From assembly GCA_004764695.1 (NCBI GenBank), contig SMSO01000034.1, forward strand, positions 682,001-746,000: DNA of 64,000 nucleotides, written 5' to 3'. This document shows positions 25,212-38,940 of this stretch, one piece after another. Position 1 is the stretch's first letter; every line of letters begins with the position of its first letter. Made by a program: the position numbers and the translations under genes. The DNA comes from Schizochytrium sp. TIO01. Lineage: Eukaryota > Protista > Bigyra: Labyrinthulomycetes. Below the pieces are notes generated by a model. It made no database searches, was not told where the DNA came from, and worked only from the letters and a program-made list of their open reading frames with translations.

Positions 25212-25845
25212 CTAGCAAGGAAAGGAGAGAGGCAGGCTTCAGCGTTCAGTAGAGTAGCAACTAGGTAGGTAGGCTAGCTAGTGATGTATAACCGTATAAC
25301 CCTAGTAGCCTGCCCATCCACTAAATGGCTAACTAAAAGGGCTAGTCCCTGTTTATCTAGTAGCGGAGTCTACAGGAGAGCCTAGTCTCCTACGCAGCTA
25401 CTGCGTGGCGATATTGGAGTACAAGAGTCTCTTTCATCATTGCATAAGCATATACGTGGTAGCACTGTCGGTCAGGAGCACATAAAAGAAGGAAAGGAGG
25501 AATAGCTTGAAGCAAGCCATCCCTCCTTCCTCGAAGAGAATGGTCGCTTCCCTCTTCTCTTCTTCTCGGCCAATCTAAGGCACCTGGGCAGAAGCAGAAC
25601 CTAGCCAGGCGCCCTCTAGCTGCCAGATAGCAAACGACTAGGCAGGCAACGAGTACCTGTCTCCAACTTGAAAGAAGCAACCAATAGAGAGAGCAAGAAA
25701 GACAGAGTGCGAGAAAGAACTGAAGAAAGAACTTGAAAGAGTTTTCAAAGTCCAAGTTGGAAAGACTGAGCTCACACTGTCTAGTTCCCTCTCTGCCGTT
25801 GGGCATTCTGACAACCCTACACTCAGTCTACAAGCATTCGGAATC

Positions 25846-25897
25846 CAAAGCGCCAGCACGCTGAGGCCGCAAAGCGCCAGCACGCTGAGGCCGCAAA
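25846..25897. repeat. 24-bp tandem repeat x2 (CAAAGCGCCAGCACGCTGAGGCCG)
   Basis: Direct reading. Confidence 0.85.
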
Positions 25898-28800
25898 CGC
25901 AAGCTAGCTAGGGCTTTGCGAGGATGGTAGCGGCGGTCAAAGCAGCTAAGCGCCAGAGCCTCGAGCGAAAGAAAGAGAACGTGACGGGTTGGCGAGTCCA
26001 GGCGACTCTGTGTTACTTGGATTTCCACGGGACTTTGAACTGGAAAGAAAGCGTAAAGGAACGCAAGAACGCAGGCACTTGCCACGCACTGGCCTCCGAA
26101 AACCTTTACTCGGAGGGGTGCGTTCTTGTGACTCCTGTGATGTGAGGAGAGCGCTTGAGTACTTTATTTAAGTGCAACCCATATGTTTATTCCTATTGTT
26201 TACCATCATCACTATTATTACTATTATTATTAAATTACTAATTATATATATTAGTTTTAAATAGTAGCTAAAATTGGTTTTCTCTCTCTTGATTTCAGGC
26301 TTTATAAGGAGGTTCTGTTTTAAAATATAAACCTTCTTTTTGGAATCTTTTGATGCTTTGCTTTTTATTTAAAATAGCTATAATTATTACTATGATTTTT
26401 GTAGACTTGACCTTTCGGAGCTACCTACTACTACCATGTTCATATCTCATAGCTCTGGTGCAGTGATCAGTTTCCTGAGGCTAAAATCTTTAGTGTGTCA
26501 TTCTGAGTTTACGAGAGAGCGAGGTAAAGGCTTGAATCGTGGCAGTGCCCAGAGGCCACAGCAAACATAGTGCTCCCTCTAAGGATACTCCCTTGATCTA
26601 GTCTGACGAAATATCGGAGGTCACGCATATTGTCAGAATCAGAAGCGTGAAAAAAATAAATTAAAAATCCAGTAGTAGCTAGTACTTGACGGTAGTAGCT
26701 ACCTAGGTATTATCTGTGTCGAGGCAAAGCCCTCATAGGTTCTTTCGCTGGCTATGTATTTTCCTCATGTTTTGGATGATAAAAACTCAATGCATCAAAG
26801 CATATTTCTTGGTTGCAAGTGAGGAGACTCGGACTTCTTCTTGCTTTGGGCTAGAGTTGAGCTTGCGATTCGCTTATTTAGTCCTTGTCATGCTCAACGA
26901 GACCTCCTTCTGGCCGTAAAGTTGAGTAGATGGAGACTATATTTCATCTCCTGAGAAGGCTTATAGCCAGCTTTAGCCTGAGAGGAGAAGGTTTCCATGA
27001 AAACTTTTAAAAATAGAAATAGAAATAAAAACACGTTAAAAGTAATCTTGTCCAGGATGTTTTGATCTCTAATTTTGAAGCTGCTATATTTGTTCATTAG
27101 AGGAGAAAAAAAAACGAAAAAAAACGATAAACATATTATACATGGACAACATTAGATAAGATGAACTTGTTCTAATTTGAAAGTAGCAATAGTATTCTGA
27201 TTTTATTTTATTTTACTTTTTAATGTGTCTTATATTATCCTGTAACTTTTAATACAAGACCTGGAGTATTTACATGAGCCCCACTCTTCAGATAAAACCC
27301 AAAGTTCATGTGGCCAGGCTCGAGCTATGTAAATTGGTGCCACTAAGGGCTTTCAAGATCTCACTCCTTTCAGCTTAAAGGAGCGACATCGTCAGAGCAT
27401 GCTGTCGCAGGTCGTAGTGCAGGCAACAGGTCTGTTGTGGCACATCATGCTGGGAGGGTTGAGATTTTCCTCGTGTGCTTGTCCTTTCTTCTCTTTTCGG
27501 AAATGCGAAAATTTGTTTAATTTTCTACTTTATAGAGTAAATGATAATAATAATACATGGGTGAAAGAAAATGAGAAAGAGTAAGCTCATAGAACGAGCC
27601 GAGGAACATGAATAACTGCACTAGCAGGTCAATATACCACGAGATATACGGGAAATCTGATTTAAAGCAGTGTACCTAGTAGCATCACAGCAACCTCGTC
27701 TGGTTGACTTTCTTTTCTCGACATCGAACGTAGTAGGTATTGGGCATCAAGCCAAAAAATTATTACATTCCACAGTAGCGCGCTTGCCCTGTGTATAGTT
27801 CTTCCCACAGCATGAGAAAGTTTCTATAAAAGCAATAAGTTTAAGAGGAGAGTTGCCAATATGCAGAGATAAATTTCCCTACACGTCAGACTGTTCTGCT
27901 TTTTTTAAATCCAACAAACTCAGAAAGTAGTGGAAGTTAGGGATTCCTTCTTTCAAGCAATTTGGCAGCTACGTCCCTCTCTCCTAAACACTACCTACCC
28001 CCCTCCTAGATGCCAGAGTATGTATTTGCCCACCGCTGTGACTGCTTCTGCTCATCCATCCATTCAGAAGCTGCACTCGAACCACGCGAATGAATGCATG
28101 TCGCTCTTCAGATATGTCCTTCTGCGCGCTCTGGTTCACTCCAGTGGTTAGATATAGGTGTTCGCAGTTCTAGCAACAACGTCCGTAGCGGTAGCTCAGC
28201 TCTTTTCTTTCGTTGAAGCTTTCAGGTCTCATTCTCTTGCTAGAGATGTAGGTATCGAATGCATATACCCTCCCTGCTATCACTCTCACCAGTTTAAGTT
28301 ACAATATTTTAACTTGGATAAAAACACTCAAGTCAAAACAACCACTCGATACCCTTAGCTATTCAAGACTCTTTTAAAAAAAAATTAAAAAAAAAAATCT
28401 GGAAAATAAGAAGAAGAAAAATGCTCAGGCCATGAACAGGTAGCTAGCTAGTAGGCGCGTTCTAAGGTAGTCAGGCATCAAATGAGCAAGCTATAACTAC
28501 AACACAGAGAGAATAGCCGCCGCTACTATGGACTGTATGAGTGGGTATAGGCGGACACTCTTTTTGCCAATTAGCTCCGCGCTGCGAATAAACTTGAATG
28601 CAGAGGTAGCAGGTCCCGCAAAAGTTTATATACATGAATTTCAAGTAAAAGAAGACATTCTTTCTTCGTAAATTTTGTGTGAATGACTCGAATGAAGAAC
28701 TTTGAAACTAAAAGCTGCGCACCAAGTTTCTTGGTTTAGATGTGGGAGCCTAAAGTAGTAGCAATATTGTAGTGGATTTTTTATTATAATGAGGTCATAT

Positions 28801-30679
28801 CTTCTTTTAATTTTCCATTTCTCTTTTCTGTTTCTGTTTGTTCTTGTGTCTAGTCTATTCTTTGCCTAGAACACAAAGTAGGCATACCTTCCTGAGCCCA
28901 GACCAACCAGCAAAACTAGGTGCTGGTCAGCCTATAGCAATTATATATTCTGCCAAGTTTGAGAACTCAAGTTTATTTTGTCCTTCTCAAGTCTCAGTTG
29001 TGAAATTGCCGTGAGATGCTCTCCGTGCCTTTGCTACAGTACTTGCTGGGCTCAAGGACTTTATGTATGTGCTGAGATCACTTTCACTCTACTGAGTTTA
29101 AACCTTTTATCTTGGGTTAAAACTCAAGCTAAAACAATATATGCAATACTTTGAAAACTGACCACGTATTCCTGCCAAAGGTACCTCGGGCTCCTGCAGT
29201 TTTATGTGAGAGCAAGTGTTTTAGAATAGATCGAAGCAATAGTGATGGCTTAAGGAGCGCTCGTCGCAGAATTAGGGGCCTCGGTACTGACTAATTAGAG
29301 AGGAACTTATTACTTCCTACATGTCTAACTATATTTATCGATGAAAAATGCAGCAGAGGAGATGGCATAAAAGAACGTTGCATGATGGTAGCTAGCATTA
29401 TATACTAGTCTCCCTCCATCCATCCATCCATGGTAATATCTGCCTAGATACCTTCACCTCAGTGCTGACGTGGATAGTAGAAATTATAAATAGCATTTAG
29501 ATAGTTGAAACCTTAATACAACAAATGGAAAGAAAGGCACAAAGAGAGAGAGAGAGAGAGAGAAACAGCTCACAATAAAAGTCGATCATAATTTTTTGAG
29601 ATGACAGAATAATTCTTCGAGTTTCTTCAACTTTCTGTACTTTTATTTAAAACTTCTGCGGAAACAGCCCGGAACACAGGAAGGCCAAAGACAATGGTAC
29701 GTACGCTCTTGTTAGTTCATTCTTCTTTGATAACTGAGCCAACGATTGAAAGCTTTCAAGTTTACACCAGTGATGGTCAATAGCAAACCATGACTGGAGT
29801 ATTGTGAGTATTACCACTGTTGCTGGTGTTTTCTCCATCTCTGAAGGAGCGAGTTTGTCGCTGGATACGAACAACCCCACCATCGAAGAGGTAGCAAGTT
29901 AAAATATTTTAGGCTGGGTAAAAACCCACAACTTCAACATGTTATAAATGTTTTACTTCGGCATTTTTTATCCAGTTGAAGAGGTGTAGTGTTAGTAGCA
30001 TTATTAGCAAACAATATAAGCAAACTTGCTAACCTAGTACAGTCCGTAGATATGCACCTATTTCTTTAATAGCTTGTGAAGAGAGAGAGTATAGTATACC
30101 TACTCCGAACTCGTCAATACGCATATAACTATATATAGTAAAGATTTGTTTGCTTTACTTACAATACCTACCTACCTAGGTGCAATCTACTTTGCATTGA
30201 GGAAAGCGTTAATTATATAAAAACTATAGGGAGATAGATATTCACTTTGCTCAATTGACCTTCCAGTAAAAGCAAACAACAATAAAAGAGAAACCAAAGT
30301 AGCTAGTCTGGTAGTACCTAGCTAGCTCGCTAGCCTAATTGAGTCGGCAGCTACTAGTATAACTAACTACTCTTGCAGTTGGCTTCAGCCATTGCTATGG
30401 TGCTGGTTTGTGGAGTACTTGGAGTCCCTATCTACCCAGTACTTCAGGTAGATCTCTCTCCCACTCTCAGGCTTTATCTCCGTGCGCCCAAAGGCTTGAC
30501 TTGCCTCCCTACGTCCCATCATCTGCTTGTTTACAGCAAAGCCTGTTGCAGACTCCTCACTTCTCAGTTCTTTTACTGTTTTTAAAAGACCTCAAGACAA
30601 AGCTAACAAAACAGACAAAACTGCCCTCCTCAGTCCTTTTCAGGCAGCGAGCAAGGTCCCTCCCTCCCTCCCTGCCTGC

Positions 30680-30686
<7 letters not shown>

Positions 30687-30724
<38 letters not shown>
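30687..30724. repeat. (CT)n microsatellite
   Basis: Direct reading. Confidence 0.95.
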
Positions 30725-30729
<5 letters not shown>

Positions 30730-32406
30730 GAATGTCAACTTCTTCTTTCGCCTTCTAGTTTGTCTTATACAAAAGGCTGCTGAGGTGGTGCCTGTGTAGA
30801 TGGCCGGCTACACTTCTCTAGCATCAAGTGCGTGAGTGAGGTCTTGAATGGTTTTGGAGAATTTTTAGAATACCGAGGCTTCTTCCTCATTCACTCTCTC
30901 AGGCTATCTCTCAAACCCCTGGACATGCCAAGCTTTTCCTCCTTGTTGCCTCTGCCTGTGAAATCTACGGGTCCTACAATAGGCGCTTTGCCTCCATCTT
31001 TCCATCAGAATGGCCCAAGTCCTGAGTTCTTCCCCCTCTGCTCCACTCTATCGTAGGATTTCAAAAGTGAGATTTTCTTTGAATTTCTTCAGACAAATTG
31101 CCTCCTTCTTTTCTTTCCTTCGTTGTATGGTTTATTTTTATTATTCCTATTTAATTAATTAAATGATTAATTAATTAATTAAGGGTGATTATGAAAGTTA
31201 AACTAGTGAAAACTTCATAAATATACAAACAAAAAAGTCAGAGTTTTTTTTAACATCAAAAAATAAAACAGCATTCCTTTCAAGATAGATCGATTCAGGA
31301 TGAAAAAGGAGCAGTCCAGTCGTACTATATTCGACGATAGGGAAGATGTGCAAGAACGCAGTGAGCAAGCAACCAAATGACGCGTGTGACTTCTCTAGGT
31401 AGATCGGTCTGTCTGGTCTACTCATGCCCCCCTTCACCCCAACAAGGCGAGAGAAGTTTAAAGCTAGGCTAATAATAATAATATTATTATTATATAGACT
31501 CATATTTTAACTTTAAAAAAAATACATTCTAATTTGTTGGGGGCTTTCTTAGCTTTAGAAAAGAAAAAGAAAAAACTCTATACCATACATACCATACATA
31601 CCATACATACCATACCATATATGATAGAGCAAGAGATACCTAGGTAGGCACAATATGATGGTCTCTGAGCCTGTCTAATGTATGAGCGTGTGGACGATTG
31701 ATTGATCGGTTAGCCGCATAGAAAGCAAAGCGCTAGCTAGAGAGGGAGTCAGGAGCTCCCTATTGCTCAAAGGAATCAAGAGAAACATGCATTAGTCTTT
31801 ACACCTGCACATGTGTTCAAGGCCATAAAGCTATTGGTACAGAAAGTCTTTGGGTCGGTCGCCCTTGTTCTACGATTCACTGGCATTTCTTTGTGGTCCG
31901 TGAATAACAAATCCCCCTCCCCTTTCTCCGCGCGCTTGTAGCTCAGAAGTAAAAAGAAATCGAAAGTTTTCCCTTCAAAGTTTTCCCTGCTTTTGTTATC
32001 AACCTACCTACCCCAATATATGACATTGCATCTTTCTTTCATCTCTCTCAACACATAGCAAATATTATATATTTATATATTCGTAAGATGGAAGTGCAGA
32101 AAGTAACAGTTGTTGTTTACTTTTGAATAATAATAAAAATCAGGATGTAAACATTTCAAATTTAGAGCATTGTCTTGGTTGTATACGAGTCTTGGTTTTG
32201 ATGAAACCTTTAGTACATTGTAAATTATACTTGAGCACTAATGGCATGACCTCTTGCATTTTTCCTGGCTGGCTTGGGTCGGTTTCCTCCACTTATTTCT
32301 GCCCACAGCCTCATCATTATTCAATATCCCTTCTTCCTAGTCTTGGCCTTGTCTCATTCAGTTGAGCCTCCTGTTCGTGTCTTTTTTGTCTGTCTATTTG
32401 CCTCCT

Positions 32407-32407
<1 letters not shown>

Positions 32408-32485
<78 letters not shown>
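32408..32485. repeat. (TTTC)n microsatellite
   Basis: Direct reading. Confidence 0.95.
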
Positions 32486-32486
<1 letters not shown>

Positions 32487-34729
32487 TTTCGAAGAACTCA
32501 CCTTTCGGTCCTTTTCCCTCCCCCCGCCCTCGCTCAGACAAATTCAATCTCTCCCCTCTATGTCACTGTCTGGGCCTCCCATTTTGATCACTTTAGAGAT
32601 GCTTTGTGTGGTCCTTTCATGTCTCCGGTATGAGGTCTCTTTCCCCTTCCCTCCCCACGTTCAACTGAGCTAAAAGAGAACGACCCGCCTCCTTTTCGTA
32701 CTGTTACTAAGATACCCCCACTAAACCCTTTCTGATCTTTCTTTTCTACTTCACTTCCCCTCTCCCATTACACTCATAGAATCTCTCTCTCTTCCCTCTC
32801 ATTCGATTCCTCCAACAAGTAGTTAGATAAACGGTATTGAAAACTCTCGCAGCAATTTATTTTTACTGTTGTACACCATGTCAAAATCGCAGAACTTGCT
32901 AAATTTAAACTAATTATTAAAATAACAATAATAATTTTATATTGCTTAAATATTGCTTATTGCCTTTTAAATGATTCGTTTTCATTGACATGAAAATAGC
33001 AACAATTAAACTTTTTACATGTTTTTATTAAAACAGCTTAAGCACCTCATCAGGCTTTTAAAGTTGAGCTTTAAATGTGCCTTTCACCGTAGGCGTTGGG
33101 TACTACAAAGAAGACTGCTTGCCCTGCCTGCTGCAATTCGGCTTCAAAACTACACAAATCTGCAGGTTTCTTCTTTCCTTTTCTTTTTTCACAAAACTGT
33201 CAAAGCAATCTCCCTACCACTTGGCTCCTTCTTTCCCCATCTTAAAACAAAACTAGCAAATTTCCCTTCTCCCGACCTCTTCGGGGTTCTCTCTCCCACT
33301 CCCTTCCTTCTTTCTTCTTTTCTTTCTTTTTTTGTTAGGTTCTTTCTTTCTATTCTTTCTTTCTATTCTTTCTTTCTATTCTTTCTTTCTATTCTCTTTT
33401 ATTTCTACTCTATTCTTTCTTCCTTCCCTCTTCTCTCTGCAGCGACCGCCCTAAGTTCTTCTTGCTCACATGTTTATTTATACGTATATATATCAATAAA
33501 CATATATATATATTCAATATTCAAAACAATCTCCTTCGCAGTGCTTGGCACAGCGGCCAACACAAAGACGCTCCTGGCGGACCCCGACCGCTGAGGTGCA
33601 GAAGGGTCCAAGAAAGCTGCCGCGTCGCTCTTCTCTCATTGTTCTGCGTTTAGAGAAGCCCTCGCAGGCTGCGGACGTGGCCTTTACCTGCTTTGGGCTC
33701 TGCTGCGACTGTCTCATTCGAATCGATCGCTTGCTTGCTTGCCTGTCTGCCTGCCTGCTTGTTTGCTTTGTTTGATTTCTCTTTCTTTCTTCTTTTTTTT
33801 CTTTCTTTCTCTCTTCTTTGTGGTTTCGCTCTTCTGTTGTTTTCACTCTTCTTCGTTGTCGTCCTGCTGCAGCTTTCTTTCTTTATCCTCATCACTTCGA
33901 CGCTCTTCAATCTCCGACGGTAGTCCCGACTGCTCTCGGGCAGCCGACAGCCGTGTTTTCTGCCTCTTCCCTCCACTTGTGAGGGAGCGAGGTCTTCACC
34001 TCTTGCAGCTGCTGGCCGTCTGGCTGGCGGCCTCCCCCTTCCCTCCTCCTGCGTGCCGGCCGCCTTCGTGCCTACGTGCGAGTGGGCGTGCGTGCGAGCG
34101 AGCGGGCGGGCAAGCAAGCAAGCAAGCAAGCTTTGGCTCTTATCCTTATTTTGGTCTCTGTGCCTATTCTGGGCAAGCGTCTTACTCAGTAGCACGTAGC
34201 TGTGCTTGCTGTCTGTGCACAGGACCTGTCATAGTCTTGCCCAACAACAGAAGTCAAGGAGCAACCTGATAAGCTCAACGTAGAAATCGTGGACGCAAGA
34301 GCAATCAACCTTTGAGACAACAATCCTTTCGTAGCTGGTGTGCCTTCTGTTGTTCCAAGTTTTTCTTGGTGGCTTTATCAATCGATCGAGGAGAATTTCA
34401 ATTTTGGTCAGGGCTAATCGATTCATCGTACAACTTTTGAACGCCCTGCTGAGGACCGGTTTCCACGTAGGCCAAGAAAAGTGAGATTGGGTCAGTCCAA
34501 GAGCGAAAGTAGCTACTAAGGCTTTACTTACATTGAAGATTTTCTCGTGCTAAGCATACCGCCGGTAGGCTCTGGAGATCCTTCCGTCTGCCCTCACAGC
34601 TATTCTTTGCAGCGCAACCTACTGACAAGAAACCTATAAACCATATACAAACGACCAACCGCAACAAAAGAAGCATCACGAGCCAGTTTGTCTTTACATA
34701 TTATTTCGTTTTAAATAGGACACAGCATC

Positions 34730-36232
34730 ATGATGGTTCCGGGATCGGGCCCGAACAACCAATCATCACCTCAACAACAACAACAACAACAACAACCTCC
34801 ATCATCGTCCTCATCTTCAGGTCTTATGCAGAATTCAGATAAACAACAGCAACCGCAGTTCATGTACCTCCCACCTGGAAATGGAGGAATGCAGATGCAG
34901 CAACCACAACAACAAATGCAGCAGTTCCAGGGCATGATGCCCGCAAACTTGCAAATGTACGGTCAAGGTCAATCTAATAACGGAGCCCCCCAAGTCCAAC
35001 AACAACAGCATCAACAAATGAACTCGCAGCAGTTCATGGCTCCACAACAGTTCGGGCAAAATCAAAACAACTCCCTCGTTTTACAGATGCCAATGGGCGG
35101 TTATTCAACCACCCCGGATGGCCACTTGATACAGCAACATCAATCTCAAGCACCACCACAAGGCAACCAGTTCTCTATGGTTCAAATGCCAACCTTTGAC
35201 CAATCTCAGCAACAGCAACAACAGTCTACCATGCAAGGGATGGGACAACCGCAGAACTCCCCAATGCGATTCGCAATGCCGATGGAGATGTTTCAAAACA
35301 TGAACCAATCCTCTAATTATCCACAGATTTACTTTCCTCCGCAGTACACTCAGCAACAGGCAATGAATATGGGCCAATTCGGCGATAAGCCCAACGAAAC
35401 TCTCTACGCGAATAAAAACATGGGTAAACTATCTGGGGTAGGGGCGTCCGCCCAAGCCTACTCCGATGCATCGAGTCTTGTCCCCGTCCAGGGTACGATG
35501 CACGACCCCCTCAGACATCGGCATATCGAGTCTAAATATAATGGTGTATATTGGCATCGCCGTACACGCTCCTGGACCTCAAAAATCTGGAATCGCACCG
35601 TCGGTCGCAGCGAACATCTTGGTACTTTTAGTTCCGAGCTACGGGCAGCTCTGAGCTATGACATCAAGGCTGTAGAGTACTACGGCCATGGCTACGTCGG
35701 ACTCAACATTCCTGACGAACGTGATCGCGCCCGCCTATTATGGGCCCTCTCGCAACCTCGTATTCGCGAGTCTGCTAGGCTCAATCATCTCTTGAATAAT
35801 CCTGATGCCGCTATTAAGATGCTTTCCACTCGAACTAGACGAAGGGGGCAGAGTGATCGCTCCTCTGTTATGAGCAAGACCCGCTACCGAGGAAGTGAAA
35901 CACAGAGCAAAAGCAGTTCGAACAGCGGAAATAGCACAAATGGAAGCTCAGGCGAGGTCTCGGGAACACCGTCTGGATCCTCGGGCTCTATTGGAGAAGT
36001 TGCGACTGCTAAGGCTGCGTCGCAAAGTGCGTCAACTTCATCTACCAAACGTCAGCGCAAGGATGATGACAGTGTTGGTGTACGAGGCGAAGAACGTGTT
36101 TCTTCCTCCAGTTCAAATGACAACGCATCCACAACATCTACTCTTGTCCAAGCTGTTGACATAGGCAACAAAGCTGGCTCCAACCGTCGAGAGAAGACTG
36201 TTACTGGTACGCGCAATTCTTCTGCAGCATGA
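34730..36232 (+). CDS. AP2/ERF-domain transcription factor with Q/M-rich N-terminus
   Basis: AP2 domain SKYNGVYWHRRTRSWTSKIW...HLGTFSSELRAALSYD...LNIP; poly-Q activation-like region. Confidence 0.88.
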   Translation: MMVPGSGPNNQSSPQQQQQQQQPPSSSSSSGLMQNSDKQQQPQFMYLPPGNGGMQMQQPQQQMQQFQGMMPANLQMYGQGQSNNGAPQVQQQQHQQMNSQQFMAPQQFGQNQNNSLVLQMPMGGYSTTPDGHLIQQHQSQAPPQGNQFSMVQMPTFDQSQQQQQQSTMQGMGQPQNSPMRFAMPMEMFQNMNQSSNYPQIYFPPQYTQQQAMNMGQFGDKPNETLYANKNMGKLSGVGASAQAYSDASSLVPVQGTMHDPLRHRHIESKYNGVYWHRRTRSWTSKIWNRTVGRSEHLGTFSSELRAALSYDIKAVEYYGHGYVGLNIPDERDRARLLWALSQPRIRESARLNHLLNNPDAAIKMLSTRTRRRGQSDRSSVMSKTRYRGSETQSKSSSNSGNSTNGSSGEVSGTPSGSSGSIGEVATAKAASQSASTSSTKRQRKDDDSVGVRGEERVSSSSSNDNASTTSTLVQAVDIGNKAGSNRREKTVTGTRNSSAA

Positions 36233-37749
36233 CCTCCTTTCCTCCTATTGACTTGACTTTGACTTGTTCATCTCTCTGCATTTGTTTATCACACAAGGGC
36301 CATAATTTACTTCTTTCCTATCTGCTTTCTTTAGATAGGCCAAACGTTTTGTCACAAAATAATCTTCATTTCCTCATATATATGGTATATATCCATAACT
36401 TCCTTCTTATTTGGGTATAATGCCAGAACACACATGGAACTACCCTCTACCCCTCCTTCCCGATTCACTCTCATTCATCACTCAAAGCCATCTTCCAGTG
36501 CTTAATTTGCTGTTTTAAATATGCAATAGATTACTAATATCAGACTCTTGATGGTTAATCAAGGAAAAAGAAAAACTCGGCTTGATTTCTAAATTTTGAT
36601 TGAAATTCACAATGTTGTCCTTCTTCCCGCATATATCTTAAGTTTTCTTCCTATCTATCACGCCTACTTTTGATAAACATCGGCATCTGTTAGATTCCAT
36701 GTTCAAACTTGACTTGACTTCAGTACTTATCTTCAGCTTTTCGACTGTGTTGTCCCCCTATCCTATTCATTCCAAGACACTTTCAAGACAAATTTGAAGA
36801 TAACTGCTTTGACGTAGTACGAGTATCGAAAATCATTTGAAGACTTTCATTAATCATGATAGAACAAATGGAAAGGTTTGAGTTTACGTATATTGATCGT
36901 TAGACCTGTCTTCGTAAATTCCCTTACCAGGACCCTTTGTTTTGAAAGATAGGAAAGCACAGGATATATATGATTTCCAATCGCGAAGACCAAGAGTAAT
37001 GCTATATTCGTATTACGCAACTTGACCCCTAGTTCATTCACCACCTAAACAATAGTAAGCAATATACCTTGATATGAGAATAAAGGAATATGTGAGTTTC
37101 ACAGCCCGGTTAAGAAACTTGAAAAGTGATGTTGTTATGGATTATTCTACTCTCATCGTGTCTACAGTTGTAGCCTTACGATGATAACATACCGTTCTGA
37201 AATGAAACAGTAGTTGCTGGCCTTACATTAAGGTACTCTATTTATAGCCAATAAATTAAATTTAAAAAAGTCAACTAGTTGGCTATTGAGAACCATTCTA
37301 AGATACTGCCGCGCCCTGATTGTCGTGAAGACAAGAAGCTTATTTTCACAACATCATATTTTGATCGAAAATTCTTCCATTCTGCTTGGATAGCGGAAAA
37401 GTTATCGTGAATCATTAAAGTACTTTACTCACTTGATATTGCGATGAGTCAATCACTTTAAGGACTCTGTTTCGTATATAGTTAACTCTACATGAGTGGC
37501 TCTTTTGACTTGAGCTTTTGTGCTTTATCCGCGTCAAAGGTAAATAGGCGGAGCCTCTATTAGCAACGCCATGTAGGTAGGTACCTAGCAGGTATTACAC
37601 TATGAGGAAACGGGGAGAGTCGTGCAACTACATATACTCTAGAGTTCTAGGTGAGTGAGTATAGGTACCTGAAGGAACAAGCGTAGATATTATCCTTTAC
37701 ATAAACATAAACTGCGCTTGCAACTCATCTGCGTGGCCCCGGAGGGACA

Positions 37750-38940
37750 ATGCCAGAGGTTCTATCTAGTACAAACACAGTGAAGGAAAGCGGTCAAGAC
37801 GGAGAATCTGTTAGCCCTGGCTCTCCTCCGTTCGTAGACAAAGAAACCTCCCAAACCAACCCATCCAGCGACCTGGTCACCAAATTAAGAGAGGCTCAAG
37901 GCGAGACTGAGGCAAACGGAGAGACTGAGACTACAAGCAAAGGAGGCAGTACATATGAGTGCACTGTTGATGACTCCTCTGCATATAAAACCCTTGTTCA
38001 TATCCTCTCTAGCTTTGCTGTAGCCAATGGAAGCGTAGATATCGACGTTGTGCAGCAGGAGCTTCAGGATAGCTTGAATGCTCTTCAAGAACGTTATGCG
38101 CGGCACGCTGCATTTGCTGCCTCAATCGAGGACGTGTTGACATCGGAATTTCAATCACTCCGCCCAGCTGATGACAATGACGAGGAGCAACAGCTCATTA
38201 AAGAGCTTCGAAACCTTCAGACGAATCGCAACAAGCTTTTATCTGAACAGACAGAGCTTGAACTTCTCGAAGCAAGGGCCTCTGAATTTGAAGAGAGTTG
38301 CTGGCGTACCCATGCCACGGGTCAAGAACGCCATCAAGAGTCGGCAGAGATTTTAGATTCTCTGTATACGCGGACTAAAATGGTCAAGGGCCGGCGTCTT
38401 GCATTAATGCAAACTAATGTCCTAAATGACGCATTCTGCATATGGTATGACGGTGACTTTGGGGTGATCAGTGGGCTTCGTCTCGGACGGCTCCCAGAGA
38501 TCCCAGTGGCGTGGTCGGAAATCAATGCAGCGTGGGGACAAGTTGCCTTGCTCCTTGCTACCTTGGCTTGTGAAGTCCACTTCTCCTTTAGCAAATATCG
38601 GGTCATCCCGATGGGTTCCACCAGTAAACTCGCCAAAGTAGGCAACGAAAGGACAAGTTATGAGTTATTTTGCAATGGGGGCTTTTTCAGAGGATCATTT
38701 AACAATGCTATGGTATGTATACTTTCTTGTGTCCAAGAATTAGGAGAATATGCAGAGAAAACAGACAGAACTATGTGCCTCCCTTACACTATCCAAGGGG
38801 ATAAAGTTGGCGGACTTAGTATCCGTACGAGTAGCTCAGAGGATCTATGGACACGAGCACTGAAGAACTTTTTAGCTAATTTAAAATGGCTCTTGGCATG
38901 GAGCTCAAAACGTGTACGCGCACCTCATCGTTCCCAATAA
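37750..38940 (+). CDS. ATG6: Beclin-1 / autophagy protein 6
   Basis: Coiled coil followed by TNVLNDAFCIW, FGVISGLRLGRLP, WSEINAAWGQVALLL, WTRALKNFLANLKWLLAW. Confidence 0.95.
   Translation: MPEVLSSTNTVKESGQDGESVSPGSPPFVDKETSQTNPSSDLVTKLREAQGETEANGETETTSKGGSTYECTVDDSSAYKTLVHILSSFAVANGSVDIDVVQQELQDSLNALQERYARHAAFAASIEDVLTSEFQSLRPADDNDEEQQLIKELRNLQTNRNKLLSEQTELELLEARASEFEESCWRTHATGQERHQESAEILDSLYTRTKMVKGRRLALMQTNVLNDAFCIWYDGDFGVISGLRLGRLPEIPVAWSEINAAWGQVALLLATLACEVHFSFSKYRVIPMGSTSKLAKVGNERTSYELFCNGGFFRGSFNNAMVCILSCVQELGEYAEKTDRTMCLPYTIQGDKVGGLSIRTSSSEDLWTRALKNFLANLKWLLAWSSKRVRAPHRSQ

Noticed and set aside
32274-34269. F/S/L-rich and K/E/R-rich ORFs (also 476-806 and 51908-52258)
   Set aside because: These are translations of microsatellites and low-complexity DNA.
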